In this document: in pieces, positions 35,601 to 50,211 of the stretch
Layout: each line of letters begins with the position of its first letter
Numbering within the stretch: the first letter of the stretch is position 1
Source: Podarcis erhardii
Lineage: Eukaryota
Reading direction: 5' to 3' (one strand)
Length of the DNA: 64,000 nucleotides
Assembly (NCBI GenBank): GCA_964252035.1
Contig: OZ176201.1
Translations under genes and position numbers: made by a program
Notes under the pieces: generated by a model
The model's input: only the letters and a program-made list of their open reading frames with translations
Told to the model about the DNA's origin: nothing
Databases searched by the model: none

Positions 35601-38279
35601 ACATATATCTAGAAGTAGTTGGAGTGGGAAGTTGGCTGTGATGCAGTGTACATGAAACACCTCCCCAGTCTCTTCTCAGGCAAGGGTACATTTTGAGGTG
35701 CAGAATGGGGATTCAGTCCTTGTGAACATAAATAAATAATTCCCTCCCTAGGAAAGCCTGGAGTGCTCATGCAAAACATCTTTATGAACATGAGCAAGTC
35801 TATGTGGCTTGAGCACATGTAGCCCATGCTTGGCTGCTCGCAAAACTAGATCCTTTCCCTGGACATGAAGATTCCTAGCTCAAGTCCTGCGTCCCTGACA
35901 ATGAGATGGAATTGCAAATGGAAGATGGAAACCTGTTCTAAACTTGCAGTGCAGGATGAAAGAAAACAGAATGACTGAGTGGGAGTAAGGGAAGAGGTAC
36001 AGTTAGAAAGGGTTAAGCATCCTTTTTCTCCCTGAAGCTATCACTTAACAAAACAGTTAGACTGAAAAGACAGAAGGGGTGGGGAAAACTTTTGGATGTT
36101 GTACAAAAAATGTGTTCTGTGTTAATGAAAATAAATGAAAGCATTTTTGTGAAATCCCATGAAAATATAACCACTTTGAAACAAAAATAATTCCGATCCG
36201 TCCTGAATACAAATCTTTATATCCAATTTACTGCTGGACATATCCGCCTGCAGTATAAATTCTGGGCTCCAGATGGCTAGACACTATTGACACAGGAACA
36301 ATTTCACTGTCCCTCAGTACATGTTTAGAGGTGTCCTGAGGAGAATCATAATAGGCATTGAAATCAGTGTACAAAGGGCTTGAGGACCCCCCCCCCCATT
36401 GAAGCAGGACATTATCACTATATAATGAGAGAACTCCTTGCCTCTAAAACATGGGTCACTGCAGCTGCATCCTAAACAAACTTACTGAGATACAAGCCCC
36501 ATTACTTCTGGGTAAACATATATAGGATTGCATTCAATGTGTGTGTGTATTAGGAAGGTAGTTGGTTCTGAAGGATGACAACTCTAAGTGTTGTGGGTTA
36601 AGTACCCTCTAGAAACCTATGTGAAATGTCTTGCTTTCTCATATTTAAGGCACAACACCACCTTGCTTTGCACACTAAACCCTTCTCTGTGCTTCCACAA
36701 ATTTTGCTGCTGGGGATTCTTTGTTGGTGCTCTCAAAGAGTGGAGCTACATCAGCAGGAAGATGGGGAAACTGCAGATGTAACTGTGTCACTCATGGCTC
36801 TCTTGCGAAACAGCTCTCCTCCTTACGAATGCTGGGATTTATTTATTTATCTATCAACACATTGTTAGAAACAATGTCCCTGCCAGCAACTAACCCATGT
36901 TGCTTCCTTTAGGTAAAGGCAAAACATGCAAACAATGGTTGGGGCAGAGATAGGTGCTCCTCTGTTTGGCTCATGAGAACTGATCAGAGGGCTGGGCACA
37001 AATGTTGTCCCGTGGAACTGGGTGGAGGATACAAGGAAGGATGCAAAATAACAAAAACTGAAGACACCTCTCTTAGCTTTATGACCTGTTAGGCAACAGC
37101 ACTATACTAGGGTTGCAGGGGTGGGAGGGGGGAGAGAAAGAAAATGTACGGTCTGTGCAGGTTTAGGTTCTGGGATTCCTGCAGATGTATCCTGTCTGAG
37201 GCTCTCCACAAGTACAACAGGAAAAGGAACAAACTATCCTTTGGAATACACCATAAACTGCATTTATTGTACTGGGGGGTGGAATGCGGGAAACATAGGA
37301 TGACAGTAGTATTGACCAGTCATCTTGGAACCACCCGTCCTATCAATGTGTCCTACATTCCTTGATTCATCTTTGTTCCCTTTTAACTGCTGTCTCTTGC
37401 CGTAGTAAAAAGGAGCTTTCAAAATAAGTTAGTGACAACCATAATTGCTGCTCTAGGTACATTGCCTTTGAAATAATCTGGAAATGCACATGTTATAAGT
37501 AAGGCTTGTTATTCTGATTCCACATCTGGATGGTTGGCCCTGTTCTTGAGCATCCTGGCATCTCATTCCTAAGTAATGAGCTTGCGTGTTTTATCTTCTC
37601 CCCCGCTCCCATGCTTGGCTTTAAATAAGACTTCCTGGTTTGTTAAGCCATGGTTTACCATGATGTCAACCTGGGAAACTGATTTAAGTGCTCCCTTCAG
37701 ATCAGGATAAGTTTCTGAATTCAGACATCACAGGAAACTATGTCTTAACAAACCAGGAAAGCTCTTCTGCAGCTAAACATACAAGAAGAAGAAGAAGAAG
37801 GAAGGTTTCAGAGCAGGGAGTGGTGGAGCTTTTCACTCATTCCTACACCAGTGAATCATGGTTTCTTGGGCTGTAAATATAACATTTTAAATTAAACCAG
37901 TAGCAACTAAAGATGTAATGGAGGAAGGACCAAACCAGATCCATGTGTGTTTATAGCATTCATGCTTGCCAGTTTGGCTCTAAAGTGATAAACCCTATAA
38001 GAATCAAGCCTGTTCTTGCCGTATGCTCTATGCTCTGCCGCTTTAAAACTTTTTTACCTTCAGCCTAGTTCTGATACCAGAAGTAAGCTGGCTGGAGGGG
38101 AAAGAACATTAAAGCAGCAAAGCATGTGGAGTAAAGGAGAGGGCAGGTTTTGTTCCTGTCAACCATGTGCTTACTGTTTACTATTAGATTCTAAAGGATG
38201 ACTGAATATTGCTTTACGTATTTGATATATGTTATTTTAAATTTATGGTGACTTTTTATATTAGATCAGATTGTTACTG

Positions 38280-38560
38280 TTAATGTTTGATGTTTTATTA
38301 TGTTTTTATATATGTTGGAAGTTGCCCAGAGTAGCTGGGCCAACCCAGCCAGAAGCAGTGGCGTAGCGTGGGTTGTCAGCACCCGGGGCAAGGCAAGTAA
38401 TTTGCACCTCCTAACCCATGGATTTGCGCCCCCTAACCTGTGGATTTGCGCCCCCTAACCCTAACCCCCATATGTTGCGCCCGGTGCGGCCGGCCCCCTC
38501 TGCACCCCCCACGCTACGCCACTGGCCAGAAGGGCAGGGTATTAACAACAACAACAACAA
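38280..38560 (+). mobile_element. L2 3' tail interrupted by a MITE
   Basis: GGAAGTTGCCCAGAGTAGCTGGGCCAACCCAGCCAGAAG [insert] GGCAGGGTATTAACAACAAC. Confidence 0.75.
38356..38524 (+). mobile_element. 169-bp hAT-type MITE, copy 1
   Basis: 15-bp perfect TIR CAGTGGCGTAGCGTG and 8-bp TSD GCCAGAAG (38348-38355, 38525-38532). Confidence 0.92.
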
Positions 38561-38725
38561 TTACTGCTTCTTTAAGACTCAGAAATTAACCCTTACCCTG
38601 GCAAACCCATGTTCAATAATCACATGTACATCCAGCTTAGTCCCAAGAGCAATAGGTATTCAAAGTGTTTGTGATACTGAGAATTAAGGCAGCAGCATTC
38701 TAGGGAGTTAAAACATCTGTTAAAT

Positions 38726-38861
38726 CAGGCTTCCTCAGCCTCAGCCCTCCAGATGTGTTTAGCCTACAACTCCCATGATCCCTAGCTAGCAGGACCAGTG
38801 GTCAGGGATGCTAGGAATTGTAGTCTCAAAACATCTGGAGGGCCGAGGTTGAGGGAGCCTG
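38726..38861. mobile_element. 136-bp hairpin hAT MITE (URR1/MER3-like)
   Basis: Long imperfect TIRs CAGGCTTCCTCAGCCTCAGCCCTCCAGATG / CATCTGGAGGGCCGAGGTTGAGGGAGCCTG and 8-bp TSD TGTTAAAT. Confidence 0.88.
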
Positions 38862-41064
38862 TGTTAAATTCAGCTGAGGGGCAGTGAGTAAAGTTCATTA
38901 AGAGAGAAGTGTGAGAGTTAAAATAGGAATAGTAAATGATTAGTACATTAACAGCTGTTGTTGTTTATGCTTAATTGGTTCTAATTATCATTTTCAACTT
39001 CATGGGCAGGTGTCTCCACCTCTTCTCTAAAGTCTGTCAATGACAGGGTGTGACATTGCCAGTTCATCACACCAGCAACACAGGTTGCTATGCTGTGGTC
39101 TAAAGTGTGCTGAAGTATGAAAAAAATAATGGTGAGTGGTGGGATATCCATTGTATGGTATTCTATACTCCTATAGTTTGGAAATAATTATTATTCATCA
39201 GTTACATTGCATTTTTTTAAAAAATGAAGAAGATGCTTTTAAATATTTATCCTGTACATATTCACAACAATTATTCAAAAGTTACAATAGAAAGCCAAAG
39301 AAGGCTCAAGAGATTCCCTTAGGTGATCTCTAGTTGAACTCATGACTTCTGCATTCAAACATTTTATCTACTGGACGATGCTAATTCCCTGCTTAAATGA
39401 GAAGCAACTCTTTAAAACAACGACTAAACAACAACAACAAATACCTGGCCTAGGAGCCACATGACACCCCTCCAAACAAACTTTCTCTGTCATTCCCCCA
39501 CCCATTTTTGTTGCAACAGCAGCAAAAAGAGAAGAAAAGCAACACTAAAGTTGACACTGCACTAGAATCCCATGACCCTGATGGGATGGATCTTTCACCC
39601 CTTCCTAGTTATCAGATTATTCATTTGATAACTGGGGAGACAGCATCCTACTCAGCTGAGCTACTTGGATCAGCTCAAGAGAGGAGACTGCGAGAGTTGA
39701 CCAAGGGTGCCCCTTAGGCGAAAAAAGGTGGCCATCTCTGCTCTAAAACAAGAAGCCCCCTAAAATTATGGTTGTCTGGCAACAACTGGATGCTTGAGCG
39801 CATTTCAGAGGGTTGACCGCAATCTTTGGGTAGTCATTTTGCTGTTACATTCACAGCTTTGGAAGTAAACACAAAGGCAGGATCTGATCCTCAAATTAAA
39901 AAATCCCTTCTTCCAGATTCATTTGCAACTCTATTCCCTCTAATCCAAAATCACCACTTTGTATAGACACTTTGTATAGTTGATCCCACCAGGTTGAAAT
40001 TCTCACTGGTGCCTGCAAAGGCACAACCAGCCCCTCCAGACAGTTGATTTTCGCAGGGAGGTCTGCTATGAAATGGCAGCTGACTGACATGCAGATGGTT
40101 TGTGTCTCAAGTAAAACCCCAAGGTGTGAAGGAGATACTCCTGCTAGACTATAATGCCCTTCCTCTCTCTCCAAGATTTATATGCTGTGACCTTCATCCT
40201 TTGGGTTTTTCCTCCAGAGCCTCATGGAGGAAACCAAGTGAGCTCACACGCATACATGATGACGAGTTAACATATAGCATCCATGCAGCTGTAAAAAGTA
40301 TGAGTCATTGTGTCTCATATGTGCATATATTATTCTAATATTCACATACTATTAACATGGAGAAAGAATTAGTGTAATTAAAAAGGCATGCAGCAACTCC
40401 GGTAATATTTGTTTTCTCAAGATGGTTTCCAAGAGAGCTGGCAGCAGGATAGTAAAATAAACACAACTGGATTGATGGGACATTGAAAAAGGAAGCAGGA
40501 TTCTGCAGCCGCTGACACCTTGTCTATTTCTGGAAAACTGGGTTTCCTATTCCTATCCTTGATCTTTCAGTTTATCGTTTTTAAAGGGGCAAACTGCAGA
40601 CAAGGGTCTTTATCCAAAGTGGATTCATTGTCTGCCATTGCTTAAATGTACTTGTCACCAAACGTCTTCTATGAATTGAGATTGTTGACTCAAGATATAT
40701 TGTGCATAACCATATCATTATTGGCATGTTTCCATTCCTCTTTATTCTTGATATGGATAGCTCATTGCTGGGAAAGGAGGGATAATTTCCCTAAAACAGC
40801 ATTTGTTAATGATTGCAACATGAATAATCAGAAAGAGTCCTCTGTGTACTGACAGGTTAGCAACAAGATTTAGTGGTCCAGTTACTTTTTTTGTTCACTG
40901 TAATTTGTTTTTACTAAAACAAAGGAAGGGGGGGGGGAGTGAACATCCCACCTATGTTTTTAGTTGATTTTTAACATTACAGAAAACACCCATGAGAACT
41001 AAACAATACCAAGATATGCACAGGTCATGAGTTATAAAGAGAGAGAGAGAGAAAATGCACACTT

Positions 41065-41260
41065 GAGTTCTTTCAGGGGTAGCTGTGGCTGTGTTAAGTT
41101 TGTGCAGCAAAAGCAAAAAATCTTGTAGCACTTTTAACTACAGTGCTGTATTAGCAAAAGCTTTCATGGCCCACACTTCACTTCATAAGTTCATGAAAGC
41201 TTAAGCCATGATACATTTATCTTTGAGGTGCCACAATACTTTTTTGTTTCTTTCTGGAAT
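41065..41260. mobile_element. Penelope-like element end fragments in inverted arrangement
   Basis: CAGGGGTAGC..TGTTAAG...CAGCAAAA..AAAAATCTTGTAGCAC followed by GAAAGCTTAAGCCATGATACATT...TCTTTGAGGTGCCACAA. A related fragment lies at 47870-48025. Confidence 0.55.
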
Positions 41261-44200
41261 CAATCTTGTGGTTGGGGTTCTGTCTCTTTTAAAACATGCA
41301 GTTACTTTTCCACAAGCCCCTCATGTAACCCTTATTATTCTAACCTACATAAGGGAACTCAAACAGATTTATCTGCAACGTTGTAAATGAAGATCTTAAG
41401 AAACCACCTGAAAATGTATCAGCTGTAATATTTTTTATGATAAGCAAATCTCATTTTTTAATTTTCATATGGGTGGCAGAGAAATCCGTGAATATCAATC
41501 TGAAATCCTCCAATCGGGCCAAATTTTTACTAGTGCTGTAGTTGGAAGTTTTGAAGAGGATTATCATGTTTTTCCTCAAGAGCACCATTTCAAATTTGGG
41601 TGGTAGAAGTGGGAATAAAGTTCACAGCAAACTTCAAGTCCTGATATTGAATATATTCAACACCAAGTTACAAAGAAGCATTGGACTTTCACAGAGATAT
41701 TGATGATAAATGATTATGTAGTCATGAGAGGAGGGGGATGCTTTCCCCTGCCCTCCCTAGGTGGTATCCATTTCCCCATTAATTTGATTCCTTGGACTTA
41801 CTGTGGAACATTCAGATTGCTCAGTGACAGCACAGTTTCTTTGCAATTATTCTGTGCCATTGCTCTGGTAGTCCCACTTGATGCATAAGTATATTCTTGA
41901 TGCAACTCGATGCTTATTGCAAGCAGAAACTGATATACATTTGCCATGGATTGTAGGGCTGTGCCCACACTGGCATCGTAATGCAGAATCTGCTACAGAA
42001 ATTCATGCAAACACTTTAAAGAGTTTGCATAGTGCTTTACAATCTGTGACTATTGGTCCTTTACAACCTGGTTATGTGTATGAACCAGAGAAGCCAACTC
42101 CAAGGGGCCAAAGTCCCTTCACCCCCAATAAAATATTTGAGGGGGCTGCCCCCCAAGTTGATGGACATTGCCATTCAAATGGTGTGTGTGTGCCATGTCT
42201 TGTGATTGATTATGTGGGGCGGGGTTTATCTGACACACGCTTCCCAATATTTTATTCAAGTTGGCACCCCTGGACTATGAACCCTTACCCCACAGCATAA
42301 CATTGGCCAGTGACTAGTACATATCAGAAACACCCTTTGGCAAACTGACAGGTGAGTAGAACAATTGTTCCTTACTGGTCCAAGGATGTTGGCAATTCAT
42401 TGTAATTTGCCAAAGACAACTTGTGTGAGTGGCTTACACAGAATTCTTCCTTTGTCCTTCCTGGTTATCCCCTGCCCTTTATTATAGGACCCTTTGGGTT
42501 TTCTTTTTTATGATCAATTTCTGCCTTTCTGTGCTTATCTTCTAAACACTACGTTCCTACCCATGAGCAGCAGATGATATGTGCCGGTTCCCAGTTTGCT
42601 CCCACTGCTCTCCTGGTTGTTGCATGTGCATGTTATTCAGGGAGGGGGCATTTCCATAAAGTCAACCCCTGGCTGCATGACTGTGTCCCCAGCTCCACAT
42701 ACCTATTGTCACTCAGCTGTCACAGCTCATGACAGCTCAGTCTAAGAAACTTTCACACTTAATTCCATTTATGCACTCTGCAGTTTCGAAAACAGGTGTT
42801 TGGTCAGAGCCAGAGGGATACGGACTCTTTGTTTTGCTAAGTGGGAAGATCACAGAAGCAAATGGGAGCTGTGTAGAATTTCAAAGCTGAGGATGAAATA
42901 CTCAAGACCTTTCAGAGCCATTTTTAAAAGCTTCCCTTCCTGCCAGCAGGAAATCCTCTCCTGCATCCTCATCCCTAAGTCTCAAAATGCTTCAGCATTT
43001 TTTGCACTTCCTTTGGCCTCCCTCTTGGAGGATTTGGCAGATCTGCTGATTCACAGAGTTTCCTCTCAGTGAAGTATTTAGTATACACTATGCCCTTTGT
43101 GCTGACTCCCTTCCCAGTCTGGTGAAACCATGGGCTGGTTTTGTGACAGGGTTAGAAGAGCAAGCCCTAATCATTCTTCAAGTCCACCTGGCCCTTCTGA
43201 TTGAAATAACACAGGTGGGGTTAGGGAACAGGATCTGGTCAGCCACATCTTCGGCTCCCACACTCATGTGGGCCACTCTGACAAGTGAGCAGGGGCACCC
43301 ACTTATCAATCACCTGACCCAGCTTCAAAGGAAAGAATTGGGCAAGTGCTCGTAAGTGTGATCTCAATTCTTTCCTTTCTTCTTTTGCAGTCTGGTATTG
43401 AACTCAAGTCAAGCTGCAAAGGAAGACCCATAATGAAAACAGGGCTTGCAGGCACTGCCCATCAGCTGATCAGCACTGGATACAAACCTGATTTTCAACA
43501 GGGATCAGCAGCACATAGGAATTCATAAATGCAGCCAATCCCAGCAGAGTTAGCAGCTGCCACTGATCTGCGGAAGATTTATTTTCTTTTTATTTAGACA
43601 TTAGTTCTATACTTGCCATCAACAAAATCCTCTCGGAAGTTTACAAAACTTAATATATATATTTTTTAAAACTCCAAAGCAAAATGCAATAAAAAAATAA
43701 GCTAAAACTAATAATATCTATGCTATTTTACAAAATTCAGCATAAAGCCAACACAGAGTAGTATAACATCTCTATAAAACCAGCTTTAAAAGAATGATTA
43801 ATGTCAAAATTGAAAACCCACCAGAGCATTTAATTGAAAGGCCTGGGAGAATAAAAAGATATTCACCTGGTGCCAAAAGATGCTACCAAGTACCAACTGA
43901 GCCTCTCTGAGGAGGGCATTCAACACCACACTACCCCCTCTCTCCCGCCCCCCACTTCTTTTCTTCCCAACCCTATACTGCATATAACACCAATGTCTCA
44001 CAACAAATGTAACTGATCTGTAAAAAACTGATCTGTAAAAAACACAACCTGAAGAAAGAGACAAGGCATGTGCTTTTTTAAATGAGAAAAATATTTTAAA
44101 AAAATAATTTTTAAAAAAACAGCTGGGGGCCACCATTGAAAAAGACCCTCTTCCTCATGACCACCCACCCCACTTCATTAGGCAAGAGAATCAGCAGGAG

Positions 44201-46479
44201 GAATTGCATAACTTGGAGAAGTTCTGGCATAGAGAAGAGACCAGCAGCAACTATGATGTGAGAACAGAGTTTTAAAACTGGCATTTGTTCTAACCTCACA
44301 GTCAGCAGATGGTGGGGAAATGGGAGGTGCAAGAATCAGCTTTGGCCTAGGGATTGGAATCCATTTTTAAAAAATAACACGGGAAATGGCATTTCCCTTC
44401 TCAAGCCTCCTTCTCACCCTGGTTTGCCTCCAAGTGGATCTCTGAGCATTTCCAGATATTAGTGAATAAGTTGGCAGCCAACTCAATGTCTAGACGGCCT
44501 TTGGGGTTTGTTCCTTGTGTCAACAAGAGTAGAGGTTACTGCTGACTAGTGATGTCAGCACCAGAAGTGTCAGGACGAGGCCACTGATTTTGCCTTCCTG
44601 GTTCAAAGTGTGTGCGTTCTTCCGCTTCTCCTTTGCAGATGTAGTGGCAGGAATTGTACCTCCACCCTGTCCTGCACCAAATCATTTTTCTATAAACACA
44701 AAGTTGGTCCACACAGACAAACACCTTCCAAGGATTTATTTCAGACTTTAACAGCCACAACTGCCCCAAAGTGGTCTCACAAAATAGAGCTACATTTATA
44801 ATTAGGGGGCAAAAAAGAGGTAAAACCAACAGCACAATAGTGATGCTACTTGATAGGTACATTTGCTAAAACAGCATTGTATCACAATTTCAGGAAATAT
44901 AGCTATCAAGCTACAGTTCTAGCTACCATTGTGAACCTATAAAGATCTACATTGTTTGGGCTGTAAATGCCTTAAGCGGAAATAAAAGACAAACAGGGCT
45001 CCATTCACTATGGCTGCTTCCACAACTCCTGTAAGGCAATCAACACCAGCAAGTACTAATTCAAGCCCATCACTCTTGTTTCTCGTCTCCTGTGTTGCTT
45101 CCTTCACCTGTCCACCACTGCCTCCACCTAGAGACCATTAACAAAGCATCCTGCAGCCAGTGTTCCATTTCAGTAACCCAGATACTGATGCTTTCTGTAG
45201 CAATCAGCAGGAAGAGGCAGTGGGAGCAAGCAAGGTAGTGAGAGGGAAAGGGCAAGGTTGGCAGGCTTGGACCAGAGCTCAGTTTGTTGATATGCTTGTT
45301 TGATTCAAGAGCAACTCTTTTCTCTGCAGTTTGAGTGGTCAGCCAAGCTAGCTGACTTTTTGATTGTATCCTCCATGTGTCTGATGGAGGACACATGGAC
45401 CACTAGTCTGATGTACCCTATGTTGACTCCCCAACTCTGAAGCTTGCTTCCACACACAAAAATGTTTCCTGGGTGCTGTAAGTTTCTACAAATACAGATA
45501 AGAATGAAGATAGGTTTATTCTAACCATGTTACTTATATATTTTTAGTTTATTGTAAAGTATAGATACGGAGATATACAGTGAACTGTTCTGAGTCGTAG
45601 CAAGTGAGTGAGGAAAATTTTCAAGTATACTAAATACACATGTAAACAAATAAATCCATACCACAGGCACACAATCAATTTATATTGTGTACTATTTTTA
45701 TAGGATCAGTGCCAATATCCTTTTTCTGTTTCTCACATGAGGGCATCTGACAGTATCCCATGTGTGCCCCACATGGGGTTAATTTTAAGTCTTCCATCAC
45801 TGTCTTGCCCCCGTCCCATACAAGATTAATTGCTAACACTCTTGCTTTTAGAAATGTACAGCTAATGTATAGCTAATAGTCACACTTTTGCCATAATTTA
45901 CAAGGTGTTGATTATAACAAGGTCAAGTCTGCTCACCCATTCAGAGTTAATCATGCCGAGAGTTAGTCCAGAGTCTTTGTTTATCCCAAGTGATGATAAA
46001 CAAAATAAGTAAAGGATTAGTTAATGTCCTCCAACCTGCTCCACATGGTATTAATTAAACTGCGAGCTCCCAGACCTATCCTAAAATAGTTCCTAACACG
46101 GGCAATGCCCGGCTTCTTTCCAAAGTGGAATCTACTCTACAACGACAATATTGAGAAGTTTTAAGATAAACGGCCACCATTGAATTAAAATTCTGGAAAA
46201 AAATCCACTGAAAGGTTGTAAAGTCTACTCATTAACTAATTAAATAAGTAGCTCAATATAAGTGATGTTTTGAAGATATGGAATGAAGATTAGAGATTTT
46301 CCCAGCTAAATGACACTTAGAAATAATTTGTGGTCTGGGAAAAAATAAAACTGTATTTATACAAATAAATAAATGCACAAAACTTCTAGGTGGAACTTCA
46401 GAACATCCAGTGTTGTAAGCAGCAATATTCACAACTTTCCCTACTCAGAAAGCATAGAGGGAAGGTTTTAATCATCTCA

Positions 46480-47000
46480 CTTTAGATCTCTTTTGCTGCA
46501 GATGCCGGCCTCCAGAAACATTCTGCATTAGCTTCCGCTTCTAAGCCATCTTCAAGGGCAGTTCCCCATATAGCACATTGCAGCAGTCCAAGCAGAAAGT
46601 CACTACAGCATGGAGAAGTGAGGACATTCTCAGCCTAGGAATGACTACAGCTGATGTACTAGCCTAAGGCTGACATAAGCAGGCCTAGTCACAGAAACCA
46701 CTTGGGACGGCAGTGACAAGCTGAAATCCAGAAGTACTCCCAGAGTCCTAAACTTTTCGTGGAGTGCAACCCCTCCCAGAATAGGCCATTCACCTAATTC
46801 AAGGACATGTACTTATCCTTTGTTTTGGTGTATGTGGCGACTAACTAGGTGGCCTAAATGAGAGCCCAAACAAATTTGAGAGCCGCTTCCTGTGGCAAAG
46901 TAGGCCTTACAGAGCAGATGCAGCACCCTAAACCTGGGCTCCTCAAAGTTTGTCATAAAGGACCCTCCTTAAAATAACAAAGGGTGGATGCAGATGGCAG
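46480..47000 (-). mobile_element. Old L2 ORF2 fragment
   Basis: Degenerate antisense L2 RT-like motifs (CACATTGCAGCAGTCCAAGC, GAAATCCAGAAGTACTCCCAG). No open frame. Confidence 0.4.
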
Positions 47001-50000
47001 TCAACTTCAGAGCTGGAATTGTCACTGTAGTTTGGGGATGCATGGGCAGATAAAGGCAGGGAAAGGGAAGGTGTCAGTTGGGTACCAGTGCTTTAATGTC
47101 CCCAAAGAATGAGGTTTTTGGAAGCTAGAAGTCCACATCAATAACTGGCAGAGGTGGCAGCACCTTTGACCTTTCGGATTAACAATAAAGACACACAGTA
47201 CCTGACTACTGCATAGACACCCAAGTTATACTGACGGATATGACAATACATCATGATAGGCAAGATGAAACACAACTGAAAGGAATTGGTTACTGGGCTG
47301 AGTAAGCAGATGTCATATTTCTCAAACCTACCAGCTGCCCATATATTCTCTGGGAGGCCTATCTCCCGTCTGAAAACTGTGAAACTATTGGTTAAATATA
47401 GCTACTAGAACAACATGGGGAAATTGGGTCTCAGCTCTTAATACTTTAGGGCAAGAGTATGGGGAGGGGAGGGAGATATTTTAATGCTGTACATGAAACT
47501 GTCATGAAACTACTAGATCAAAATGGGCCATGCCAAGAATCTAGGAGTGCCTGTTTTATGGAGTTGGGATATTTTGAAATATGATATAATAATATGGGAA
47601 ATCTGGCAACTCTAATTGTTCCTTGAGACAACATTATTATAGTTGGAGAAAGAGACCAGAATCAGTTTGCCTGTTTAGGTTCCTCAAAACTACAGCAACA
47701 AAAAACCCACCCCTCCCGGGACTGTCTTGGGAGATAAACAGAATGAAAAAACCTTACAAACGCCAAATTTCCGGAGGCGGGGTGGAGTCTGAGGCCCTTT
47801 ATTCTGAGCCAATAGTGCAAAAAGAACAAAAAGAAGTAAAGCACCTTAAAGGGCAACAAATTTATTATAGTATAAGTTTTTGTGGACTACAGTCCACTTC
47901 ATCAGATGCATTGACAGGATAACACTTCATGCACCTGAACTCAAAAGCTTATGCTATAATAAAGTTGTCACAAGACTTGGCTGTTTTTGCTAAAGAAAAC
48001 TAACATCCCTACTCCTCTGGAAATTGTTACAGTGGAACACACCACCACAGGCAGTTCATTTATTCTTAAAAAACTCAGGCAGAATTAAAACAAGGATTAA
48101 AATTCATAGCCTGCATTTGGCTGGTGAACTTATGTGCTCTCATGCCAATAGAAAATGCAGCTACTAAGAAATCTAAGGGAGGTATCAGAATGCTCAGGGC
48201 GACCCCAAAGTTTGCCAAAGTACAAACAATATTTAAAAGTCCACAAATACCAAAATGGGGCAACCCCATGCCTCCAAACAGCTCAATGCAGACTAAGCAT
48301 GCTCCATGATCATCAGGAGCCATGAAACAACTGTCAATTGGAAAAGAAAAATGGAAAACCAAGAATGGAAGAGTGAGAAAAGAATTGGCTTGCTTGAGCC
48401 CTTAGCAGATTTTAGGAAGCTGGAGGAAGACTGGCTGGCTGGTCCCCTCCCTCAACAGGAACGTTACTGTTAGATGTGTGTGTGAGAAAATATATTGCAA
48501 CGTTTTGTTGTAGGTCCCATTTATACACCTAATTTCTCAACATTTATAAAGACTACATTGCAAGAAGGAGATGGGTAATCCTGCATTTCTTGCTTGCTTC
48601 AAGTGCTATAGAATTTTTGTTGCCTTTCCTGGTTGTTCATTTCCTGTAGAATGGAGCTGCACCCAGCAATACCACACCCAGAAAAAGGTTGCATCCTGAG
48701 CCCTACAGCATTAGAGCAGGCAACACATATCCTGGATATCCTTCCTTGCAGCAAAGCTTTTGGTAGAAATGCTAGGTTAGATGAGAAATGACAATCCCAT
48801 GTTCACATTATCACTGTGAGGTAGTAAGTATAATTGTACTGGATAATTTTCTGTGTAACTATAGGTCAGTATAGTTTTGTCAAAAGTTTTTTAAAAAACC
48901 CACCACCATTGTTATTTTCAATTTACAATAAAAACATTATATAACCTATGCATTCTTCATAAAAATAACATAACAGGAATTATAACTCACCCCTTCTCAC
49001 CTGGCAGGGATAGGGGGTGCCGTTTTGTGGTTTGCCTCAGGTTCCAAAATGTCTTGGGGCAGCCCTGCAGTAGTGTACACACAGGCAACCAAGATGTGAC
49101 AGAACAATATAGCACTGATATCATAAGAGGCAGCAGTACAAGCTGCAGCCTTTAGGAAGCCTGATGGCTGTGTGACTGAAGAATATAACCTGACCTTTCT
49201 AACACCTGGCCTCCCCTTGAAATATGCAGCATTACCGGCACATTGCTAGATGTTGTGAACAATATTTAGTGTTTAGAAAACAGTAGTGGGGAGGGGGGTG
49301 CAGTGACACATCTTCTTTCGAATATGTTTGCCATATGTGGAAGTCCTTGAAGTAAAATCAAAAGGCATAAGGAGACAAGGAGAGAGAACAGAAACCAGGC
49401 CTTGGCAAGCTGCCAGCTGCGTAGCGCCCTCTAGGACTTTGCTCAGGGAACAGCATCCGTTCCTTGGGTCCTCCTGGCTGTTTATCTGTCTGCCTTTCTC
49501 TCCAGCCCTCTCCAGGAAACTCTATCTCATCATTCCCCTTACTTTGCTTCAGCTTGACTTCCTGAGATCTCTTGCCAGGTTTACCCTTCATCTTCCTCCA
49601 CACCTCCCCCACACCATAACTGCTAGGCCGTGTTTGCATTTCTCTCCCTGTCAGCTTTCCTTTCTCTCCCCCCTGCCCCACTGCAGTGCCCTTTCCCTCC
49701 CCAGCTCCATCCTCTCAGAGAGGAGATGTCCTGGGCCAAAGTTAGCCTGTCAGGTAGCCACATGTCCGGCCTAGAGCCACTAGGTCAGCCAGGGCCACCC
49801 TGCAGACCTCCTCTCGGATCTGGGCTGTCAGCAGCCTTTCTATCCCTCTGCTGAGCTCCATATGTGCTGCTTTTAAGTTAGAGGGGCAGGGTGCTCTTTG
49901 CACATCAGACAGCACGTGTTTCCTTTTGGATCTGGCCTGCCAACAACTGATGGCAAGGGGGCTAGCCATCTCTTTCTCTAGGACTGCCAGTTCTCTTTAG

Positions 50001-50042
50001 TTACATTCACCCCATGCTTTCAAAGCACTCTTTGCACCACAC

Positions 50043-50211
50043 CAGTGGCGTAGCGTGGGGGGTGCAGGGGGGCCCGGCCGCACTGGGCGCAACATCTGGG
50101 GGTTAGGGTTAGGGGGCGCAAATCCACAGGTTAGGGGGCGCAAATCCATGGGTTAGGGGGCGCAAATTACTTGCCTTGCCCCGGGTGCTGACAACCCACG
50201 CTACGCCACTG
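50043..50211 (-). mobile_element. 169-bp hAT-type MITE, copy 2 (inverted relative to copy 1)
   Basis: Same TIR and 8-bp TSD CACCACAC (50035-50042, 50212-50219). About 6 substitutions versus copy 1 by manual alignment. Confidence 0.92.

Noticed and set aside
39413-39442. CGACTAAACAACAACAAC, a possible ultra-short BovB tail
   Set aside because: Too short, and no clear TSD to support it as an insertion.
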